DNA of 64,000 nucleotides from Sphaerodactylus townsendi (lineage: Eukaryota): positions 36,518,001-36,582,000 of the forward strand of contig NC_059435.1 of NCBI RefSeq assembly GCF_021028975.2, given 5' to 3'. The translations under genes and the position numbers were made by a program. Of the stretch, positions 48,279 through 59,595 are shown piece after piece. The notes under the pieces were generated by a model that saw only the letters and a program-made list of their open reading frames with translations, was not told the origin of the DNA and ran no database searches. Position 1 is the first letter of the stretch. Each line of letters opens with the position of its first letter.

Positions 48279-50163
48279 ACAGCAGACCATATAACTGAAG
48301 ACTTAAAAAAACCACTCAACTGTTCATAGAATATAAATAACTTTTTTAAAAAAGTGAGGAAGGCTAATCCCATCTTGCACTAGTTGTCTCCCTGGAGCTG
48401 CTTGAGCTGGATGATGGCTTAATGGCTTGGGAAGAGGGGAAGGAGTGTGGCAGAATGTAGATTTGTGACTTCCACAGTGGAGGAAAAAGAATGTGGTCAA
48501 GCATTCCTGAAGATTTTCTAGTGTAAGCCACTGATGTGCCTATCCAATTCATGAAAGGCAGATAAATTATCTTATTGCCTTATGGGCTGAGGTAGGATTA
48601 AGAGGTGTTATTCTTTAGGATTGCACCTGCTGTTACTTCCTACCTAACGTTTTCTTCCATTTTAATCTTGTTCCAATACAAAATAAATAAGTGTCAATTA
48701 TGTACGTACGTCTCTTGAGAAAAATGTTTCAGTTCTTACACTATAAGCATCATATACCAGCTTTTCTGCATCACCATTTAGCAAAATTTAGAAAACTTTA
48801 ACGTTGTGAAAAGGAGCAATCCTCTTTCCTTACTTTATCAATTGCTCCATTTCCAATTGACTGCAGCAGAAATCAGAGCTCTTTTTCTCGGATGTCTGCA
48901 AATTCTAAACATCCCTAGACAGCATTTCATCCTAAAGCCCATTCTACAGAAGCTTGCAACCAACATGATCCCATTGAAATAGCCAGACAGACATCTACAT
49001 TGAGAAGATAAAGCTTTTAGTGTCCTGTATTCTTTCACCAACATTTCTTCTTTTGACTTGGACAAATATAACTATGAAGCAGTAATGAGAAGTACATTTT
49101 TTTTACCAAGCTGGTGTTTCCTCCAAAGGATTCAGTCCTGTGAATTCGATCTGCTTGCCTGAGGTAAAAGCACAATGACTTACGAAGCCAAATATATCCA
49201 GGTCTCGTCTAGTAGGGTCCATTTGGGAAGGCTGTTCTGACACTAATAAGACAACATGTGCAGCAAGCGAAAACACTTGTGATGAATGTGTTCCTGAAAA
49301 AGCGCAGCGTCCCCAGGCAGGCATCCTTCTGACAAATTGTGCAATTGTCTGATTTATCACTTTTGTGTTTGCAAGCAAATCAAATCAACCTATTCTAAGG
49401 ATATGACAGTGACATTTCATGTGGAACGCTGTAAAGACATCTAAGTCCTTCTTTAATGATGCCCATAGTTGCAGGCTTTTGAATCATGTAAAAGACAACA
49501 TGCTTGTGCCATAGAGATCAATAGTATTCAGAGCAGCTCTCTGCTGGCATTGATCTCACCAGGCTAACACATTGCAATAAAGGTAGAAGGGCAATGTCAC
49601 AACTAAGATATGTATAAATGCAAGTATACTTACCTGCAAATCACAAAGCCACAGAAATTGTTTGCACATCCATGGAGGATGTTACATTGTAATTTTCAGA
49701 CTTCTGAAACATTCCTAGAAAGTTCAAGAGTTTTCCAGCTGTCATAGTCAGTCCAGCTTAGTGTGTACACCATTTAAGTAGCACATCTCTCTGGCTCTTG
49801 AAAGTCTCCAACAAGCTTAGGCAACAGGCAGGGAAACATGGCAGGAAGCCATGCAGCCAACTGCTCTGTTCAGAGCTTGCTCCCCTTCCTGCTGACATCA
49901 AAAGCAGCAAGTTGCAGCCTTCCTCATCCCTAGGGTTTCCAGGAAGGAAAGTGGTTGGGGGTGGAGTCCTAAGAAAAAATGTAAAATAAAAATAAGGTCT
50001 CCCCTACTGGTCATAATATTCCTGGCAGTTTCTAGAGCTACCCAGAAGTGACAAATCATCCGGTTACCATAAAGTTTCCAAAAAGTGCGAGAGTTATTCT
50101 TCTGACTTCTGGGTACCTATAGGAATCATCAGGAACTCTATGATGAGCAGTCCTAGTTACAAC

Positions 50164-50555
50164 CAGTGGTGGGATCCAAAAATTTTAGTAACAGGTTTCC
50201 ATGGTGGTGGGATTCAAACTGCGGCATAGCACCAATGGGGCAGGGCGGGGCACAACAGGGGCGTGGCCGGGCATTCCGGGGGCAGGGCATTCCTGGGCGG
50301 GGCTGTGGCAAGGACGTAGCCGCTGCGCTGGTCCTTGGGCGGGAAACGAATGCATGCAGGCGCAGGCTGCCACGCACGCCGGTGCACCTCCTGCTAGACT
50401 GCTTCAAGTTCTGCACACTACTGCTGAGAGGAGAGGCGTAACTAAGGCAAAAATCATGTGGCAAAATCACCAATTAGTAACCCCCTCTCAGCACACACAA
50501 ATAATTAGTAACCTTCTCTCGGGAACCTGTGAGAACCTGCTGGATTCCACCTCTG
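50164..50555. mobile_element. Young non-autonomous hAT transposon
   Basis: TIRs CAGTGGTGGGATCCA / TGGATTCCACCTCTG; perfect 8-bp TSD GTTACAAC; CpGs retained. Confidence 0.93.
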
Positions 50556-51244
50556 GTTACAACCATCTATGCCCACCAACTTTTATTGACTTAGAGGGTA
50601 TCAATCTGTTTAGGATTGCATGGTAACATGATGGAATGTAACCTGTGATGTGGAAAGCACTGTAAGCCCATAAAAGGTTTTGCCTTAAAACTGGGGCTTA
50701 TACATTTAGGGCTGGGTTGCCAACAGCCCAGAAGGAAAAATGCCATGCTTCTTTGAGAGAGGCTTAATATGTGGAAGTGGGCAGTTAAAGCTTTTTATGT
50801 TGAAGTACTAATGGTCAATGGCATCACCTGTTAAATAACATTTTTCTCCAGGTGCAGTACAATCCAAAACAAAGTCAAACACTTCTAAGTCCATTCCAAG
50901 AGTATAAATGTGCTTTGAATTGCACTGAAAATTGCTTCAAATTAACATTCACATATTTCAAGACATATAACCCCATTATTTTATGCAGGACTGTGAGGTG
51001 TTATAGAATTCACTTGGTATCTGTGATGGTCACTTCACATATCCAAATGTTGGTCATTGCTGTTACTATACAATAAATATAGTTGCAAGTTCTGGACCTA
51101 TACTTGGCCCAAATCCAACATTTACTTCTCTCATAACTGACCATTTACAATATACAAGCTCTGGGTCCATGAGAAATTATGGGGAAAGTAGACAACAGAA
51201 ATCTATCCCTTCCCCTTTATTTTCCCTCTTTCAGGTGCTTGAGC

Positions 51245-52125
51245 ATACCAGTGCTCTTTGACCTGTTCATAAATGACCTGAAAGTAGGGGTAGGTAGCAT
51301 GGTGGCCAAGTTTGTAAATGACACCAAATTATGTAGGGTGGTGAGAACTGCAAAGGATTGCGAAGAGCTCCAAGCGGACCTTTGTAAATTAGGTGAGTGG
51401 GCTAAGAAATGGCAAATACAGTTCAATGTAGCAATGTAGCAAAATGCAAAGTGATGCACATGGGGCAAAAAAATCAAACTTCACATACAGGCTACAGGAG
51501 TCAGTACTATCAGTCACAGATCAGGAAAGGGATTTGGGCATCTTAGTTGATAGTTCCATGGGAATGTCAACTCAGTGCAAGGCAGCTGTGAAAAAGGAAA
51601 ACTCTATCCTGGGGATAATTGGGAAAGCAATTGATAATAAAACTGCAAAGATTGTCATGGCCTTATATAAAGCAGTGGTGTGACCGCACTTGGAGTACTG
51701 TGTTCAGTTCTGGTCGCCACATCTCAAAAAGGACATCAAAGAGATAGAAAAAGTGCAGAGAAGGGCAACGAGGATGATTGAAGGATTAGAGCACCTTCCT
51801 TATGAGGAAAGGCTGCAGAGTTTTGGACTCTTTAGTTTGGAGAGGAGACATCTGAGGGGGGATATGATTGAAATTATACATAGAAAATGTTGACAGAGAG
51901 AAAAATGTTTCTCTTTCTCACAATACTAAAACCAGGGGGCATACATTGAAAATGCTGGGGGGAAGAATTAGGACTAATAAAGGAAACATTTCTTCACGCA
52001 ACGCATGGTGTTTGGAATATGCTGCCACAGGAGGTGGTGATGGCCACTAACCTGGGTAGCTTTAAAAAGGGCTTGGACAGATTTATGGAGGAGAAGTTGA
52101 TCTATGACTACCAATCTTGATCCAA
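51245..52125 (+). mobile_element. CR1 LINE, 5'-truncated ORF2 3' part
   Basis: LFINDL...KFVNDTKL...[42 protein letters not shown]...[14 protein letters not shown], with frameshifts. Confidence 0.97.
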
Positions 52126-53931
52126 CGCTTCCTGGCAATTTGGAGTGAAAATGAAATGTGCTAACGTCCTGTCTCCTCAGGAGAAAGTGTTTGGTTGGAG
52201 AATAATACACCTTCTGAGACTCCAGTTAACAAAACCTTTCTACTGAACTTTACACATTACAGTGTAGATTTTACACAGTGCTTTCTTTTTTTTGTCTGAT
52301 ATCTCCATCCCCATTTTTTAAAAGTTATAAAATCTTATCCCAGATCCAGCATGAGTGAATTAGCTAAAAAAAATAGGTGTTTCGTAACACACATCTGAGA
52401 TCAACCTTTAGGCAATCAATAGCTGATCTTTTTAAAGTACTTGGCTGGAGATGACCTTCTTCTTTTAGATTAGGTATCTGTTTGAGCAGAGTTAGTATTG
52501 ATTGAGCTGATGACCTCGCTGCCAGCACAGGTGTTTCTACAATGCTAATCTCTTGGTATACTCCCAGCATCTGCCTATTGAAATCATTCACTGAGATTAG
52601 ATCAAATTAATTACAGTTTAGTTAATTAATAAGATTCCATTTTCACACTGTTTGAATACTTTCTCCCCAAACTTCTTAACTTTTTTTTGCATAAAACTAA
52701 AGAGAAAATTCTTCCCAAAGAACACTCCCCGACTGAGTTTGTCAGTCTAACATTTTACTATGAATTTACTACTGCAAAGACTGCTGGAAGTACCCCTAGC
52801 CTTTATTTTATAGTTTTTACAAATAGTTTTGAACTGTGTTTTAAAATGCTATTGTTGCTGCCACCATGACTTAACTCTGTTGTTTTAACATGTACATCCT
52901 GGCTCACCACAATTCAAGGTGGTTAAAAATTACAACCATCAAACATAGAATCAAAATATAAAAAACAATCCATCATCCATACTACAGATGATAAAATGCC
53001 CAAATTTGATCAAAACAGCAATTCTAACCAGGTGGCTTGCAAAGGTAAAAACATTTTATGAGCCCATCACAAATATTTCAATTAACAGAAATAGTGATAT
53101 AACCTCCTCTGTTTATTTGTGGTTCAGAGATATCCTGTGCCAAGTTACTCCAATCTAAGCTCACTGAAATCAAGATTGCCATGTTATAGCACAAACTTCA
53201 ACAGAATTACCCCTTCTAAGGTCCATTTGAATTGGTGCTTAGTGGTACACTGCCAATTGCCTGTTCCTTTTGCAATATTTTTAATATCTAGGATACATAT
53301 ATATTTAATGCATGGCAGTATTGATGTGAAATGATAAATGCACTTTGGGTTTGGTCAAATGTGAACCATAACAATTTTTCTAGCAGAATTTCCTCATTAA
53401 AGATGACCTTTAGCAATGGAAAGTATTCCTCTGAGCTGCATCTTCTGTCCAAAAATAAGTCATCAGTCTTCTTTCCAATCTCTTGTCCTTGCACAACTGT
53501 ACAAACTTTAGATTGGATGTTAGGTTATGCCATCCCTCTTACCACCCTTTGTCCTCACCAGCTTTCTCTTTCTCTTTTCCCAAATTCTGTTTTGGTAAGA
53601 GAATCAATAGGATAATAATCTGCAGGTTAATTTCAGTTTGCTCGCTTCAACTTAGAGCATCTACAGTGCCCAGTCACATAACATAACATGGTCATCACCT
53701 TGTACAGTCCAAAATAGTTACCCCCTTCTGAGCCCATTGGCTTCAAAGTACTTATAAAGGTGAAACTTTGCTAGCGTTCAAATGAACAGAGAGCCTGGTT
53801 AATAAAATCTCTGAACCTTTTGCTATTTATTAATTACTTTTAGATTTCACTTTTCTTCTTTCACAGAACTTAAAGCCCATATAAGCTTGAATCAACCAAT
53901 AATTTCTGCAGGCAGTAGAGATTCCTGTCAC

Positions 53932-54110
53932 ACACATGAAGCTGCCATAAACTGAATCAGACCATTGTTCCATCAAAGGCAATATTGTCTACTCAGACTG
54001 GTAGAGGGTCTTCAGGGCCTCAGGCCAAGATCTTTCACATCCTTGCTGGAGATGCCTGGGGCTGTGTGCATGCCAAGCACATACTCTACCACTGAACCAT
54101 GACCACTCCT
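53932..54110 (-). mobile_element. tRNA-head / CR1-tail SINE (Squam2-like)
   Basis: Minus strand TGGTTCAGTGGTAGAG head and GGTCTGATTCAG...GGCAGCTTCATGTG tail; fragments also at 44050-44197 and 40735-40785. Confidence 0.75.
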
Positions 54111-54861
54111 CAAGCTATGACCCCTCCCTGTCTGCAGAGCATGACTTCTTTGCTTTTTCTCTTCTACTGCACCTCACAAAGGTCTCTGAAATGCTGCTCT
54201 GGTGGTATCCCCAGGAACAGCACAGGAAGGAGTTGGAGGTTACAAGAGAAGAAATGAGCAGAATTTTTGTACTTATATACATAGAAACCCTCCCATGGCT
54301 CCCAGGCAATCTTTTATTTAGGCAGTGGCCAGACCTATACCTGCTTAGCTTCCTCAAAGCTGCTGCGTGATCTTCATACTACAAGGCCTTTCAAGTATAA
54401 AACAAGAGTTAGTATGTAAACTAAACATAATCAGAGATTTCACCTCACACCGGCCCAAGAATGGGGAAAAGGATGCCAGTACTTTATTGTGGTTTCATGT
54501 TCCAGGTGAAGCAATGGTGATCAAGTTCAGGCTGGCAATCTGGGAGCTTTGGGGCTTGAGCTGGGGAGGGGAGGGGAGGGAAGGGAAGGGGGTATTGTAC
54601 TATGTAGTGATGTCACCTCTGAGCAAAGGTCAGAAGTGACATCACCTCAAAATGCACTGCTCCGGGAAGCTCCCCAATCTCTATGGTAAAGATCATAAAA
54701 ATTGGGGAAATTCCTAGAGTTTCATGGATGAGGCAACTAAAGTGTTATTGCTACATCTGCAATGTCACCCCCCCTTCTCCTACTATGAGAGCAGGCAAGA
54801 ATGAGGAAGTGCCAGTGGAGGTGAAAGGTTGCCAACTTCAGCAGCTGACCTTGTAAACCTA

Positions 54862-55359
54862 GGCCCTTTCCGCATGGGCGGAATATGGCGGCCTGGGGAC
54901 GGCAAAAACGCCGTCCCCAGGCCGCCATTTGCACAGGGGGCGCAGCTGCAGCGCAGCCGCGCCGCCCTCACACCGCCCGACCGGCGCGAAGCCTGCATTC
55001 CCAAACCACGCTTCCCCAGCGTGGTTTTTTGGGAACGCCAGCTTGGAGCCACTGCCGTGCGAACGGCAGCGGCTTCCAAGCGCCTCCCCCCCCGGGGCGA
55101 CTTACCAGTCCCGCGGTCCTCTGGTGCGTCGCCGAGGCCTGGGGACACGCCCCCTTTGCCCTGCGACCCTGGAGCGGCCGTGCAGGGCAGGGGGGGCGTG
55201 TCCCCTGGCCTCGGCGACGTGCCGGAGGGCTGCGGGACTGGTAAGTCTGCGCCGTCGTCCCAGCCGGTTCCAGGACCGTCCATGCGGATGGTCCCAGCGT
55301 CGTCGGGTCGGCGTGGGTTACGCCGACCCAACCCCTTCCGCCTCCATGCGGAAGGGGCC
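54862..55359. mobile_element. Young CpG-rich PIF/Harbinger MITE with internal hairpin
   Basis: TIRs GGCCCTTTCCGCATGG / CCATGCGGAAGGGGCC; inner inverted repeat 55099-55247; the 3-bp flanks (CTA/TCA) do not match exactly. Confidence 0.9.
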
Positions 55360-55454
55360 TCAGTCAGAGTTTAATCTGAGTGCAACTTTATTGGCTTGAA
55401 TGGTTTGTGATGGTGTTGCAGAAATAACACAGTTGTGTGTGGGGGAGCAGGTTG

Positions 55455-55863
55455 TACGGTTGAAGGCTTTCACAACTGGAATCAACTGACTGTTGTGGGT
55501 TTTCTGGGTTGTTGCTGTGATCTGGTAGTTTTTGCTCCTAACATTTTGCCTGCAGCTATGGCTGGCATCTTCAGAGGTATCAGTCAATCAACCGATGCAA
55601 CGTTCAAGCTAAGTCAATACACAAACAACCAACAGCGCGTTGCATCAACTGCTTTATGTGCTAAAAGTGCATAACAAACAATAAAGTGCATACTTACAGT
55701 GAAAACAAGTGCAATAATCTTCAGAGGTATGTAACAGCAAGATGTGGAGCGAAGCATATTGTTCTGTGACATACCTCTGAAGATGCCAGCCATAGATGTG
55801 GGTGAAACATTAGGAACAAAAACTACCCACAACCACACAGCCCAGAAAATCCACAACAGTCAG
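55455..55863 (-). mobile_element. Penelope pLTR fold-back with two hammerhead remnants, interrupted at 55581-55716
   Basis: CCTCTGAAGATGCCAGCCATAGATGTGGGTGAAACATTAGG on + (55774-55814) and the inverted copy at 55537-55577. Confidence 0.88.
55581..55716 (-). mobile_element. Unidentified 136-bp retroposed insertion
   Basis: Perfect 14-bp TSD ATCTTCAGAGGTAT (55567-80, 55717-30); internal stem GATGCAACG/CGTTGCATC. Confidence 0.8.
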
Positions 55864-58829
55864 GTTTTTTTCTTTCAATTTCATGAAAATGTATGAATGG
55901 AGTACAGGGGCTGAGGGAAGAAGTTGTTTGTACCAGGCTTCCGAGGTGCACAAGTGTTGTCTAGCCCTGTGATTCCTTTCCATGCCAAAATAGTCATATC
56001 TTTATCTCCTTTGTACTGTCATAGCCTCTATGATGTACAGAGGATGCTGTTGATAAGCTACATCTGGACTTCTTTCCTGGTGCAGATAAAAAAAACCAGG
56101 ATGATTCTCATTATGCAAAATGACCATCATTTGCCAGTGGCAAGAAGAAAATGCACTTTGGCCTTCTGAGGAAAATAAAAGCAAATGATGCATTCAATAA
56201 AGCTAAGGACCAGAAGGTAGAGCTCAAATCCAAATCATGAATACATGGTACCTTGGGAGGAACTGCAAGTATATTCATCTGCTAAGAGCAAGCCTGTGTG
56301 ATCATCTTAACCTTGTGACTTCAGAGACACTATTTCACACTTCATAGCAAAAACCAGATTATTCTTTTTCCTTTACATCCTTTCTGTAATGCTTGAATAG
56401 CACCACTGTGTCTGCAAAATACATAGTACACAAGTGTGAAGGGCAATTTTACCATGTGCTTGTACATCCAATAACACTTTTCACCTTATTTACAAAAAAA
56501 AAATGGTGCTAACCTGAGGTGAAAACTCAGGGATATGTCTTTGCTGTTTCTGTACGAAGTACCTCTTTATTAGTAATAAGAAATCTCAGCCTTTTGACTA
56601 CACAGGCCAGGCTTTTCCCTTTCTCAAACTCTGAAGGAAGTTCAGTCCTCCTGCATAATTTTAGGGGGTAGGTGCCAAATGCTTCATTGAAATGGGATCT
56701 GAATAATTCAGGCCTCCAAATATTTGATTGGAACCTAGAGTAAACAGATCATCATAGGTCATATTTCTTCTGCCTGCAAAGACTATCATTTCCAGTGATA
56801 CTATAAACACACAGTCACACCTAAATGTTTTCTAGAGCATCTCTGTTACCTTTGGATTTATAGGTGAAATCTATTAAACTGTATTAATATGTTTCTTCAA
56901 AAATGACCCTTAATTATACCATCAAGTGCAAAAGCTAAAATACAGGGTTAAATAAAATTAGATACTGGAAGATGAATTACAATATCCAGTATATATTTAC
57001 TGGTAAACAGTACCCATATGGAATCCCAAATTTGGACTGAGCCACTGTACAGGATTTCTTTTTCCACACAATGTTGACCTGATCTCAAATGCCAGTCCAG
57101 TTTTTATTCACCTGTTGGGGTAAAATGCAGGCATCATATAGACAACCTGGCTCCCCAGTGGGGCAAATACCACCTTTGTGAATTAATCGGGGATTAGTGA
57201 AAGAATTAAACATCTTGGCTCTAATCTGGATCAGCTTCTCTTCCATGGCTATTTACCAGGGGAAAATGTACTGAGATCTATTTACAGATTTTGCTGAGTC
57301 TTGTCTGGGTAGGCCCACACTGAAAAAGGACACTGCCCCTCCCATTAATTGACCCTTGCTATTGTATTAATGGGAAACAGACAGGGAGATCTAAATTGAG
57401 TAATATTTGTATTCTAAGAAATAACATTTATACTAAGATCACATGACAACATATATTCCAGAACCAACCTCTAGGAAGACAACTTTCCATGATCCAATCA
57501 GCTATGTTTCTGCTAGTATTTGAAGGAAGAAATTACATCATTGAAGAAGAATGCCACCCACATTCTCAGAATTATAGTACTTGTTATACTATTATGGATA
57601 TATTCCATTTTTAGAAAAAAAAGATGCAGGCACATCTGGATGTCTGCAGAAAAAACACTTTGTTTCCTCTTCACCGTTGCAGGGAGGAAGACAGTTTCCT
57701 AGGATTGACTTTGTTGAATTGAAAGGATCAATATTGACAGCAATGTTTTGAAGATAAAAATCAGAATGAAAATTTGCTGACAGACAAAACTTTCAAGGCA
57801 TATATAACTTGACAGAAAAAGTTGGATATTTTTGAAAGTAATTATCTTTTTTGGATAAAGCAGGCCGTTATTGTAATCAAGTTACATTTATCAATTGTTT
57901 CAAATAATAAACAGTGAAGCCTAATGCTTCAACATTTGTAAGAATGATTGGGGAGGTGCATAGGGGATGGAGGAGCCTGCGAAAGCTTTCTTGTATATGT
58001 TTCAGATACCTATTTACGATACAGAGCAATTTTAGGTGATGAGGCCTAAATGTAGCAGGGAAATCACATATGAAAATCTACAAGTGGAGGATGATTTTTT
58101 TTATGCTGGTGTGTATGTGAGAGAAAGAAAAAGAGACAGTGACATACAAGAAGATTTCCTTTTATTTCAGTATGATATATCTTTAGCTACACTAAAATCT
58201 GTTAAAAGAACTCACTCTAAGAGGAATCTCTTATCACACTGGTAGTCCCATTAAGCACTTCCTACATTCCTGCACCTCATACACTGTTTATTAGATGTCT
58301 CCTCATCCTATTGATTATACTGACTTACATTATGTAATCCATCTTGAATTTCAGTCCTAGACTATAAATATCATAAATAATAACAATAGCAATGATAATA
58401 ACAATAGCAATGGCAATAGAAATCATTGTTTTGTTTAAACACTTCTACCCCACCTTTCTATTAAAATGTCCATACTGGCACATATATTGTTCTAAATGCA
58501 AATGTCTTCCAAATACAAATGTATGCTCAGTTATGAAAGAGATAAGTTCAGTGAATTCAATTGCTTTGTCATAACTTTTGAATCACTGTGGCTTATGTTG
58601 CATGAATAGCTAAATTCAATTATCCTTCATTTTGGTTTTAAATAGTAATGTTTTTGATCGTTTCTGTAAGTTGCCTGGAGCCAAGAGAAATGTGGGGCAC
58701 AGATATTTTAATTAAGACATAATCTTTGGTACTGTGATGGCTGAGAGGAAAATGGGCAAATATTTGATAGGTATGGAGATTTACTGATGCCCAAGTCACC
58801 CAAGTGTCACCCAAGCATTAGTGTCACCC

Positions 58830-59010
58830 AAGCTTGGAAAGACTTCGTCTTTCTGGATGAGATTTTTATCATCTGTGATGTGATATGTATAATTACTTAA
58901 TTACTAACTGAAATGTGTTATGTATTGATTATCGAATTCTATCTAAGTTTGTTTTCTTGTTTTAAGCAACTATAATTAGAAATCTTAATAAACTTTATTT
59001 AAAAAAATTT
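58830..59010 (+). mobile_element. L1-type 3' UTR with AATAAA and A-tail
   Basis: AWKDF-like ORF end, T-rich UTR, then AATAAAACTTTATTTAAAAAAA. Confidence 0.55.
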
Positions 59011-59410
59011 TTAAAGGAGAGAGAACATGCAATCTCTTTGATATAGTAACACTTTTCTATGGTACAAATGCTTGAAGTGGAAATAAAGTTTTTTTAAAGC
59101 CCTCCCGATCATCAGGGAGGACGGAAGTAGAGTTGGGGAGATGGGGTGGAACCAAAAACCCTGAAGCATAAAATAACGCAAGGCCATTTTTGTTATCTTC
59201 CCTGAAAACCAGGGGGGAAAGTCACTCTTTGCCTATTCTCACAAACAGCTGTGATTCTGATATCTGCTACACAGTGAGTGCGAAAGGGGAAAAGGCTTCC
59301 GTAACAGAAGCTCTACTCCCTTCAGCATGGGGAGAGCACTGGTGTATAATCAGCCAAGGACTTCACAGCATGTGAATGAAGCTTCAATTCTATTAAGTTA
59401 TCCATTAAGT

Positions 59411-59595
59411 CAGTGGTTCTCAACCTTCCTAATGCCGCGACCCTTTAATACAGTTCCTCATGTTGTGGTGACCCCAACACTAAAATTTATCCATTTTACA
59501 GATGGAGAACACTGATGCAGAGAGTCTTAGGCGACCCCTGTGAAAGGGTCGTTTGACCCCCAAAGGGGTCCCAACCCCCAGGTTGAGAACCACTG
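59411..59595. mobile_element. SPIN (hAT) MITE, URR1-like
   Basis: CAGTGGTTCTCAACCTTCCTAATGCCGCGACCCTTTAATACAGTTCCTCATGTTGTGGTGACCCC...AGGTTGAGAACCACTG; perfect 16-bp TIR; 8-bp TSD CATTAAGT. Confidence 0.93.

Noticed and set aside
49184-49242. LDIFGF myosin switch-II-like peptide
   Set aside because: Context (RRD instead of IGI/GVL) is wrong and no other myosin exons are present.
54783-55399. ORFs of 119-182 aa and an apparent CpG island
   Set aside because: Confined to a young palindromic Harbinger MITE; the repeated peptide reflects the DNA hairpin.
55660-55716. miR-17/miR-92-like words (TAAAGTGC..CTTACAGTG; reverse TATTGCACTTGT)
   Set aside because: Matches of 12 nt or less, no proper precursor hairpin, inside a TSD-flanked insertion.
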